Positions 1-9,681 of a stretch of DNA of 30,250 nt are shown here, one piece after another. How positions within the stretch are numbered: position 1 is the stretch's first letter; each line of letters begins with the position of its first letter. The notes under the pieces were generated by a model. It ran no database searches. It was not told the DNA's origin and saw only the letters and a list, made by a program, of their open reading frames with translations. The DNA comes from Malacoraja senta (lineage: Eukaryota): the NCBI GenBank assembly GCA_038087875.1, contig JAXLNO010000254.1, positions 62,001-92,250 on the forward strand, given 5' to 3'. A program made the position numbers and the translations under genes.

Positions 1-19
1 TCTTTCAACTCTACACTAT

Positions 20-809
20 GAATTGAAATTAAGTTATAGTGCAATTAATACTGCACAAAGTGCACTCTCTGCATATTTAAGCAGTGGATCAGAACAAACT
101 CCAATTGGAGCACATCCTTGGGTCTGTAGGTTTATGAAATGAATGTTCAACTCTAATCCTCCCAGACCCAGGTATACAGAAATTTGTAATGTAAAAGATG
201 TACTGATGTTCCTAAGGAATTGGAATCCAGTTGAAACTCTGTCATTATCCAAAATTACCATGAAAGTGGTTATGCTCATGGCATTAGTTTCAGCGCAGAG
301 TTCAAACATTACAGAAACTCAGAATTGATAGAATGAAAGTAGCGCAAAATGCCGTGACATTCTATGTCTATGATTTATTGAAGCAAAGTAGACCTGGGTT
401 CACAGGATGCAAGTTTGAATTGTTAGCATATCCTACAGATTCACGACTGTGTGTAGTAACATATGTGAAATGTTACATAGAAACAATAAATGTTTTAAGA
501 GGCGCCGAATTGGAATTTTTTATTAGTCATAAAAAGCCTCATAAGATAATGTCAACACAAACAATTTTACGATGGTTGAAACAGGTGTTGAGATATTCAG
601 GTATTGATACTGATAAATTTAAATCTCATTCCGCCAGGGCGGCATCAACATCAGCGGCCAGGGATTCAGACGTGCTAATAGACCTTATTCTCGCGGCCGC
701 AGGATGGGCAAGTGAACAGATGTTTCACAAGTATTACCACAAGGAGATTAAAGATCTCAGAGGGTTTGGTGATGCCGTGCTGGATACAGTATTAAATCCC
801 CCATTATAA
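20..809 (+). pseudogene. DIRS tyrosine recombinase, disrupted (stop at 140-142, frameshift near 300)
   Basis: Translates as ...LSYSAINTAQSALS...IGAHPWVCRFMK*MFNSNPPRPRY...LMALVSAQ, then ORF 333-809 with LKQSRPG, LCVV, LFISHKKPH-like, HSARAASTSAA (H-x-x-R), ILAAAGW and FHKYY (catalytic Tyr region). Confidence 0.9.
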
Positions 810-1010
810 TAAATGGGCCTAATTTTGTTACTTTTATTAAAATAAATAAAACCATAAACTGATTACATTCAAATGTTGTGGTTATGCATTGTTGATTGTG
901 CTTACTCAAATAGAGTCAATCGATGCAGTGAACACCTGGATTTGAATCCACGGTGTGAAATCACAGAGCTTTGAAATCTTCACGTAGTCACTCACGTGAC
1001 TCCAAAGTAA

Positions 1011-1316
1011 AATAGTAAGATTAAACGAGAACTTACCAAGTTTGAAGTTTGATCTTTATTTTATGAGGAGTAACGTTGAGGGATTACGTGCCCTCCGCTC
1101 CCACCCTCATAAAAAGATCAAGCTGGTAGTTCTAAGTCTTTATGCATCTTACTATCATACTTCAGTAATTATCGTCTGTGATTGTCACTCCGCTGCTTTG
1201 AAAGATTGACGCGTGTGCGGCTGGACGGGGCTTCTTCACGTAATCCCTCAACGTTACTCCTCATAAAATAAAGATCAAACTTCAAACTTGGTAAGTTCTC
1301 GTTTAATCTTACTATT
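1011..1316. repeat. Perfect 80-bp inverted repeat, DIRS ICR and element terminus
   Basis: 1011-1090 (aatagtaagattaaac...ggattacgtg) is the exact reverse complement of 1237-1316, checked base by base. Confidence 0.95.
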
Positions 1317-1319
1317 ATC

Positions 1320-2930
1320 TATAGATGGTGATAGAGAAATATAGAACAAATGAATGAAAGTTATACAACAAAGTAACGATGATCAAGGAAAGGTGGAGCC
1401 TGCAATGGTCCATGGTTTGAGAGAAGGAATGTGTGACATTTCTGGTCGAGATCCTTCTTCTCCAGAGATGCTATCTGTCCCACTGAGTTACTCCAGCATT
1501 TTGTGTCTATCTTCAGTGTAAACCAGCATCTGCAGTTCCTTCCTACATACATGGTCCATTGTTGGCAGCGAAGATACACAAAATGCTGGAGTAACTCAGC
1601 GGGACAGGCAGCATCTCTGAAGAGAAGGAATTGGTCCTCCATCCTATTCTCCGACTAGTTTTACTGTCCTCCTGATTAATTTTAATGTTTGCATACCTCG
1701 TTGTCACCTTCCCCTCAGCCAACAATGAACACAAAACGCTGGAGTTACTCAGCGGGACAGGCAGCAGCTTTGGAGGGTCTGAAGAAAGGTCTCGAACTGA
1801 AACGTCATTCATTCCTCTCCTATCTATCTAGGGTGGGGGTAGTGTGCAGGAAGGAACTGCGGATGCTGCTTTAAACCGAAGATAGACACCAAATGCTGGA
1901 AAACTCAGCAGGACAGGCAGTATCTCCGGATGGAAGGAATGGGTGACGTTTCGGGTCGAGATTCTTCTTCAGACTGAGAGTGAGGGGAAAGGGAGACAGA
2001 GATATGGAATGTTAAGATGTGAGAACACAGACCAAAGGGGACTATGGTCAAGGAAGGTTCATTGTTAGCGGAGGGGAAGCTGACAACGAGGCAAACAATC
2101 AGTAAAATGGTTTAATCAGTGAAACTAATCGGAGAACTAGGAGGGGTGGGGCGGAGCGAGGGGGGAAGCAATGCTAACTTGAAGTTAAATAAATCAATAT
2201 TCATACCGCTGAATAGATACAAAAAGCTGGAGTAACTCAGCGGGTTCAGCAGCATCTCTGAAGAAAAGGAATAGGGGACATTTCGGGTCAAGATCCTTCT
2301 TCATTCATACCACTGGGCTGTAAGCTGCCCAAGCGAAATATGATCTGCTGTTCCTCCAATTTACCTTGGGCTTCACTCTGGCAGTGGAGAGTGGACGGAG
2401 AGAGAGACGATGCAAGGGTTACGTGAAGGTAGATAAATCAATGTTCATTCTTTAGTTTAGTGTTTAGTTTAGAGATACAGCCTTCCCCTCTCTCTTGTAC
2501 GCCCCCCTCCACCCCCCTTATCCTGGGATCCCTCCTCTCCATCCCGCACTGATCCCCATTCGCGCCTGTATTCAGTCCTCCCCATCTACCCTCCCCCCCC
2601 ACCCCCCCCATCAATGTTCATTCTTTAGTTTAGTGTTTAGTTTAGAGATACAGCACGGAAACAGTCCCTTCGGCCCACCGAGTCTGCGCCGACCAGTGAT
2701 CCCAACCAACACATACCGCTGGGTTGTAAGTTGCCCAAGCAAAATATGACGTGCTGTTTCTCCAATATACGTTGGGCCTCATTCACTCTGACAGTGGAGG
2801 GTGGACGGTGAGATAGGGGATGCAAGGGTGAAGTCTGAAGAAGGATGTCGACCCGAAACGTCACCTATTCCTTCCCTCCAGAGATGCTGCCTGTCCTGCT
2901 GAGTTAGTCCAACATTGTGTGTCTATGCTC
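1320..2930. mobile_element. Mosaic of Penelope-like retroelement 3'/pseudo-LTR fragments in both orientations, with a short CR1/SINE tail (about 2620-2705)
   Basis: Repeated gctggagtaactcagcggg.caggcagcatctctg modules. Minus-strand GIY-YIG C-terminal peptide EAQRILEKQHVIFCLGNLQPSGM (about 2712-2790) with a second copy at about 2305-2390. CTGAAGA...GAAACGTC motifs. Confidence 0.75.
1686..2680 (+). repeat. Left arm of long-range inverted duplication (partner 29431-30250)
   Basis: The reverse complement of 29431-30250 aligns across all mosaic junctions with only scattered substitutions and small indels; the left arm carries an extra insert at about 2482-2654. Confidence 0.93.
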
Positions 2931-2934
2931 GATG

Positions 2935-3200
2935 CGAGGGCTGCTAACTTGCAGTGAAGGGGGGAAGGCGCGCCGCATGGACGCGGGGAGGTTTGTGGGC
3001 CGGCGCTCGCCGTAGGCCGCGGTTGCCGGGGCAACGGCTGTAGTGCGGGTTGACAGAGGGTCGGAGTGAATGACAGGCCCCACAGCAGCGGCGGCGGCTC
3101 CACCTCCTCCACCATCCACACCCCGCCTGTCCTCATAGCAGCCTCTGCGTGCCACTCCGCCAACGGGAGCCTCTGCGACCACCCCGGGCCTGGATCGCCT
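2935..3200. promoter_or_regulatory. CpG-rich patch with RFX X-box GTTGCCGGGGCAAC (3022-3035)
   Basis: GC/CpG-rich non-repetitive-looking stretch; 14-mer matches the palindromic X-box GTTGCCNNGGCAAC. Confidence 0.5.
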
Positions 3201-3400
3201 CAGCGCAGAGGGAGAACAAAGCGGGAAGAGACAGAGACTTTAAGACTTTTGCCTCCATCACAGTGAGGAGGTGCTTGGTGAACTCACTGTGGTGGATGTT
3301 AATTTGTGTTTATTGTGTGTTTTGTCATTTATTATTATATGTATGACTGCAGGCAATGAAATTTCGTTCAGACCGAAAGGTCTGAATGACAAATAAAGGA
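3200..3400 (+). mobile_element. 3' tail of a non-LTR element (Rex1/Babar-like end)
   Basis: T-rich 3' UTR then aatttcg-TTCAGACC-GAAA-GGTCTGAA-tgacaaataaag: a perfect 8-bp stem with GAAA loop at 3367-3386 next to a poly(A)-like signal. Confidence 0.5.
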
Positions 3401-3474
3401 ATCTCCTGGGATCCCTCCTCTCCATCCCGCACTGATCCCCATTCGCGCCTGTATTCAGTCCTCCCCATCTACCC

Positions 3475-5255
3475 CACCCCCCCCATCTATTCATCCTGCA
3501 CTGATCTCCCTATCCAGCTCACATTGATTCTCCTGCCACCCCCCATCAATCGTACCCTGCTCCCGCAATTCATCCTGTACTGACCCCCCTTCCCATTCAT
3601 CCTGCACTGCCCTCCCCATTCATCCTGTACTAATCCCCCATTCATCCTGCACTGATCTCCCGATCCATCCTGTACTGACCCCCCTCCATTTATCCTGCAC
3701 CGATCCCCCCATCCATCCTGTCGTGATCTACCCATTCATCCTGTACTGAATACTCCCATTCATCCTGCACCGACCCCCCCCATTCATCCTGTAGTGATCC
3801 CCCATCGACAAGGTACCACATAAGAGATTAGTATACAAACTTAAAGCACACGGTATTGGGGGTTCAGTATTGATGTGGATAGAGAACTGGCTGGCAAACA
3901 GGAAGCAAAGAGTAGGAGTAAACGGGTCCTTTTCACAATGGCAGGCAGTGACCAGTGGGGTACCGCAAGGCTCAGTGCTGGGACCCGAGCTATTTACAAT
4001 TTATATTAATGAACTGGATGAGGGAATTGAAGGCAACATCTCCAAGTTTGCGGATGACACTAAGCTGGGGGGCAGTGTTAGCTGTGAGGAGGATGCTAGG
4101 AGACTGCAAGGTGACTTGGAAAGGCTGGGTGAGTGGGCAAATGTTTGGCAGATGCAGTATAATGTGGATAAATGTGAGGTTATCCACTTTGGTGGCAAAA
4201 ACAGGAAAGCAGACTATTATCTAAATGGTGTCCGACTAGGAAATGGGGAGATGCAGCGAGACCTGGGTGTCATGGTACACCAGTCATTGAAAGTAGGCAT
4301 GCAGGTGCAGCAGGCAGTGAAGAAAGCGAATGGTATGTTAGCTTTCATAGCAAAAGGATGAGTATAGGAGCAGGGAGGTTCTACTGCAGTTGTACAGGGT
4401 CTTGGTGAGACCACACCTGGAGTATTGCGTACAGTTTTGGTCTCCAAATTTGAGGAAGGACATTATAGCCTATAGAAGGAGTGCAGAGAAGGTTCACCAG
4501 ACTGATTCCTGGGATGTCAGGACTTTCATATGAAGAAAGACTGGATAGACTTGGCTTATACTCGCTAGAATTTAGGAGATTGAGAGGGGATCTTATAGAA
4601 ACATACAAAATTCTTATGGGGTTGGACAGGCTAGATGCAGGAAGATTGTTCCTGATGTTGGGGAAGTCCAGGACAAGGGGTCACAACTTAAGGATCAGGG
4701 GGAAATCCTTTAAGACCGAGATGAGGAAAAACTTTTTCACACAGAGTGGTGAATCTCTGGAACTCTCTGCCACAGAGGGTAGTTGAGGCCAGTTCATTGG
4801 CTATATTTAAGGAGTTAGATGTGGCCCTTGTGGCTAAAGGGATCAGGGGGTATGGATAGAAGGCAGGTACGGGATACTGAGTTGGATGATCAGCCATGAT
4901 CATATTGAATGGCGGTGCAGGCTCGAAGGGCCGAATGGCCTACTCCTGCACCTATTTTCTATGTATCCATACTGTAGTGATCCTCCCATTCATCCTGCAC
5001 AGATCCCCTGATCCACACTGTACTGACCCCCCCCCCCAATTCATCCTGTATTGATTACCCTATTCATCCTGCACTAATCCCCCTCCCCCCATTCATCCTG
5101 TACTGAACCGCACATTCATCCTGTACTTATCTGCCCTTTCATCCTGTTGTGGCCCCCATTCATCCTGCACAGACCTCCCCGATCCACACTGTACTGACCC
5201 CCCCCCCCCAACAATTCATCCTGTACTGATCCTCCCCATCCATCCCGTACTGATC
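3475..5255 (+). repeat. Minisatellite of about 21-24 bp (cccattcatcctg(t/c)actga...), split by a CR1 insertion at 3805-4965
   Basis: Degenerate tandem units at 3475-3804 resume at 4966-5255. Confidence 0.85.
3805..4965 (+). mobile_element. 5'-truncated CR1 LINE (RT C-terminal part and 3' UTR), same family as 21685-22851
   Basis: SGVPQGSVLGP, ISKFADDTKL, QYNVDKCEVIH, RRLRGDLIETYKIL motifs; tail gaagggccgaatggcctactcctgcacctat; frameshifts at about 4358 and 4465. Confidence 0.95.
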
Positions 5256-5847
5256 CAGTACGGTCCAGTTGCAACGTACTGGCTTCCTGACCCTACTGCA
5301 CTGGAAACGTCTTCAGAGCGAACATTGACTATGTTTGATAACGGAATGTAATCAAATGTGTTTTAATTCCCAATGTTATTATTTGTTTTAATCCATAAAG
5401 ATGGATTAATTAAATTGTGAACATGTGAAACGTTAAAACCGCTGTGTTCAGTTGTGACTGCTACTGTTGACACGTTATTACAGAATTCATTTTAACGGCA
5501 AATCAATGCTCCTAATATGGAGTATCAGTACTGTAGTTATTTAATGAGCAACATTCACAACTATACGTTAGATTTGTCCAGGTTTTACTTCTATGGTCGG
5601 TCATATACATCACAAATTTGGTCAGGAGATATTTCATTTGAAATTTTAACGTTAATTCTGAAGTGGGAATGATGGAAACAGCGTTTATCAATATTTTTTT
5701 TTTAATCTGGTGCGTACAAACTTGGTATCTTCATTGCTGTTCACAACACATACATCTAATCTGAATGTCCGGTAATGTGGATTTTCGACACCTTTAAACA
5801 TATTGCCAAAAGAACATTTGCTGCAGTTATGTCATTTGGCCATCTCT

Positions 5848-6068
5848 TATAGACAATAGACAATAGGTGCAGGAATAGGCCATTCGGCCCTTCGAGGCAG
5901 CACCGCCATTCAATGTGATCATCGCTGATCATTCCCAATCAGTACCCCGTTCCTGCCTTCTCCCCATATCCCCTGACTATGCTATCTTTAAGAGCCCTAT
6001 CTAGCTCTCTCTTGAAAGTATCCAGAGAACCGCCTCCACCGCCCTCTGAGGCAGAAAATTCCACAGAC
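5848..6068 (-). mobile_element. CR1/HE1-type 3' end fragment
   Basis: atagacaataggtgcaggaataggccattcggcccttcgag is the reverse complement of the CR1 tail seen at 4915-4960. Confidence 0.8.
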
Positions 6069-6316
6069 AGTTCTTGTCAGTTAGTGTAATGTTTAACATG
6101 TCAGATGGGTATCATCGGTTTTAACAGCTATTATCATAAAATGCCTTTAGAAATATCCTTGCAACCTGTATATTTTGTTGTGGATAAATTATGTGGGAAG
6201 CAAGAGAGTTTATATACCAATAACGACCCATGCTATGGCCATGTCATGATAATTTTCGGTCCTTCACAGAAAACAATCTGTAGTGTGGATGGTTAAGCAT
6301 ATATGTTACCATAGTC

Positions 6317-6687
6317 CAGGGTTTATTGACACAGGTTGATCATACGCTGAATAATCCAACCACATTTGTTTGGAAGTGGAAAGAAATAATAGAAATTGCA
6401 TTCATTGCAACGTGTAAAAAGAGTTGAGATAATGTATTATAATTTTGCTGCATGCCATCGTGGTATATATCATGTCTTGATTGGTGAATATGTTTAGTTT
6501 GTGACTTTATTTGAAATAATATGTGAATGCTTCATTGAGCATAATTCCGACTGGTAACTGCGGACTTCATCCGAGCACATTACCGCACACGCCATGCAAG
6601 CCGTCTTAAATGACCACGTAAACTGTCATTTGGCAACTGAAAAAGCTGCCTAGGTTGCCCAGTTGGCAACAGAGAAAAAAAGCCCTG
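6317..6687. mobile_element. Possible non-autonomous DNA transposon remnant (hAT-like CAGGG termini)
   Basis: Ends ...gaaaaaaagccctg at 6687 and begins cagggtttatt at 6317; imperfect TIR and no clean TSD. Confidence 0.3.
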
Positions 6688-7222
6688 ATACAGTGCTGGT
6701 ATAACTCAGCAGGTCAGGCTACATCACTGAAGGGAATGAATAGGTGGTTTTTTTTGTGTGTTTGTAATAGGGAAGGAGAGAAAGCTGAAAAAGAAGTGGG
6801 AGGATTTCTTTTTTCATGGACTTGGGTATGATGATTCGTGATCCGGCCATCAGGACTCCATTCTCTACCGAAATATCATCACGGATGGTCCAGTATTCGC
6901 GGAGGAGAGGCTGAACTTGTTGTCTCTTTTCTGGCCACCCCTGTATTACCATTTGGGTGAGGAGCTGGAGTTCTTCATCTCTGGCTGTTTCCTCAGTATA
7001 GTAGAAAGCAGAATGCCATGAATGTGGGCAGAATAATCCCACGGTATCTGCTACAGGATTGCCACCCTCGCTCTGGCAATCCTCTAGTGTCACTAATTTT
7101 TTTGTTCCTTTCTTTTGAGAAGGGGGGATGTTACATATGCTACATATTCATTGTAGCAGTCCCAACCTCCTGCACTACTTTGTATCAGGCACACTCACCA
7201 CACACACACACACTGTGATTAG

Positions 7223-9036
7223 CAGTACTATGACAGACAGAAACCTGTAACACTCCAAGTTGATGCCTCCATGAGAGGAGTTGGAGCAGTACTGATACAA
7301 AATGGCCGACCTATTGCGTATGCATCCAAAGCACTCACTCCTACAGAATCAAGGTACGCAAACATAGAGAGAGAACTCTTAGCAGTAGTCTATGGCTGCG
7401 AGAAATTTCACACTTACCTATATGGAAGGTATTTCGACATTGAAACAGACCACCGCCCTCTAGAACAAATCGGAAAAAAAAACCTCACCAAAGCACCAGC
7501 CAGACTACAGAGACTATTACTGAGGCTACAGCACTACGACTACAACATCAGATACAAGCCAGGAAAAGACCTGCTGCTAGCTGACGCACTATCCAGACTA
7601 TCAACACATGACAAACAAGAGATGGAAGGGCTGAGCATAAAGATCCACCACATTGTGAGTGTGACAAGCGTGAAGCTGGAACAGATCAAAGAGGAAACAG
7701 CCAGAGATGAAGAACTCCAGCTCCTCACCCAAATGGTAATACAGGGGTGGCCAGAAAAGAGACAACAAGTTCAGCCTCTCCTCCGCGAATACTGGACCAT
7801 CCGTGATGATATTTCGGTAGAGAATGGAGTCCTGATGGCCGGATCACGAATCATCATACCCAAGTCCATGAAAAAAGAAATCCTCGAAAAGATCCACCAG
7901 GGACACTTAGGAATGGAAAAGTGCAGACTCCGTGCTAAATCCGCTGTGTACTGGATAGGCATGTACAAGGACATAGAAAAGCTGGTATCTACATGCCACA
8001 TATGCCAAAAATACAGGAATTCACAACAGAAGGAGGAAATGACACCCAGTGATATCCCAAGCCGGCCATGGCAAACCATCGGAGCAGACCTGTTCACAGA
8101 GAACCAGCAATGGTATTTGATTATGGCCTGCTACTACTCCAAATTCCCATTTGTGAGAAACGTAAAGGACTTGAAAGCTAAAACAATTGTGTCAATTGTT
8201 AGAGGGTTGTTTGCAGAGCAAGGAATACCTGAGCAGATCGTATGTGACAATGGAACCCAATTCACATCTCGGGAATTCAGAGAGCTAGCCACCGAATACG
8301 GGTTCAAAATCACAACATCTTCACCACATTACCAAAGGGCCATGGGTTTATTGAAAGGCAAGTACAGACAGCCAAGAAAACACTAATAAAATGCCGAGAG
8401 GCAAAGGAGGATCCAAACCTGGCACTTTTATCCTTACGGGCAACTCCACTAAAGGCTGACATGAAGTCTCCTGCAGAAATGCTAAATGGCAGGAAATACA
8501 AAACCACCCTGCCAAGCAAAATCCAACCCCCTATCGACCAAGAAGAAACAAGGGCAAAATTGGCAGCTGCCCAGGAGGAGGGGCTGAAACAATACAACAA
8601 AAATGCACAGTACTTGCCTGAACTATTTCAAGGCCAAAACGTACATGCTCAGGATCCAACAACAAAGAAATGGACCCCAGCACAAATCACTAGCAGGGCT
8701 GGAACCCCAAAATCATATATCATAGAGACAGAACCGGGCAGGCAGTTGAGACGAAACAGAATTCACATCCGCCCGACACCTGAAATGTCAACACCTGCAA
8801 CTCCAAAGACAACACCAGCAACTCCTAGGACATCACCCACAGCAGCAGCAACACCTGCCATTGATGACAACACATTCTCACAAACTGCTACCAGTGAGTC
8901 ATATAGTCAACCAGCACCAACCAATGGCCAGGAAACAACTCAACAAGTTACCAATACATCGAGTGCAACACTGCAGGCAACAACCAGATCTACTAGATCC
9001 AGGAGCAACATCTTACCCCCAGCGCGTTATCGCTAG
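7223..9036 (+). pseudogene. Gypsy pol C-terminal part: RNase H, integrase Zn-binding domain, DDE core and C-terminal tail; one frameshift near 8330
   Basis: QVDASMRGVGAVL, YASKALTPTESRYANIERELLAVV, ETDHRPL, LLADALSR; HQGHLG...CHIC; GADLF, IVCDNGTQF; after the frameshift GFIERQVQTAK...LALLSLRATP...SPAEMLNGRK (ORFs 7271-8386 and 8461-9036). Confidence 0.93.
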
Positions 9037-9261
9037 CACTGGAAGGGACAAGTCACGCCAAGACATGACTCTTGACTGGCTACGCACTACCTGAAAGAAA
9101 ACAAGCTGCCATTATATATTTTGTTGTGTAGTATAGTAGAAAGCAGAATGCCATGAATGTGGGCAGAATAATCCCACGGTATCTGCTACAGGATTGCCAC
9201 CCTCGCTCTGGCAATCCTCTAGTGTCACTAATTTTTGTTCCTTTCTTTTGAGAAGGGGGGA

Positions 9262-9484
9262 TGTTACATATGCTACATATTCATTGTAGCAGTCCCAACC
9301 TCCTGCACTACTTTGTATCAGGCACACTCACCACACACACACACACTGTGATTAGGTATGTAAGCACTTTCAGTATTACTACGCCACACAGACAAAGGAG
9401 CTGAATAAAGGAGTACAATAAGGCAACTGAAACAACCTGAATTGTGTCGTTTATTATCAGGATATCAAACACGAAGACACAACA
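9262..9484 (+). repeat. Gypsy 3' LTR (223 bp)
   Basis: Begins TGTT directly after the polypurine tract, ends AACA, and has AATAAA at about 9405. Confidence 0.85.
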
Positions 9485-9681
9485 TAGGCAAGTTATAGGT
9501 GGATACAGGCGAGGAGGTTTTATTGGCGGATGAGCGGATAAACAATGGAAAAAAAAGAGACAAGGCTGTCAGATAATGAGAGAAAAGGAGTGAAATACAA
9601 TGCAGAAGGAGGGAGATAATGGGCTTATATTCACTGGAATTTAGACTGGGCTTATATTCACTGGAATTTAGACTGGGCTTA

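Larger units (their letters stand above)
1..1316 (+). mobile_element. 3' portion of a DIRS1-type tyrosine-recombinase retrotransposon
   Basis: Disrupted YR reading frame (1-809), then an A/T-rich stretch and a perfect 80-bp inverted repeat (1011-1090 vs 1237-1316) ending in TT, matching the internal complementary region / right terminal repeat layout of DIRS1 elements. Confidence 0.88.
6800..9484 (+). mobile_element. Ty3/Gypsy LTR retrotransposon, 5'-truncated and rearranged
   Basis: RNase H then integrase order, PPT gagaagggggga at 9250-9261, LTR 9262-9484. Extra inverted and direct copies of its own internal sequence at 6800-7222. Confidence 0.93.

Noticed and set aside
6105..6296. Short ORF or possible exon (63 aa), and a similar one at 24703-24813
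   Set aside because: No recognisable homology and weak splice signals; not distinguishable from chance.
6719..7093. 124-aa minus-strand ORF with integrase-like sequence
   Set aside because: Chance fusion of the inverted Gypsy fragment with antisense 3' UTR and flank; not an independent gene.
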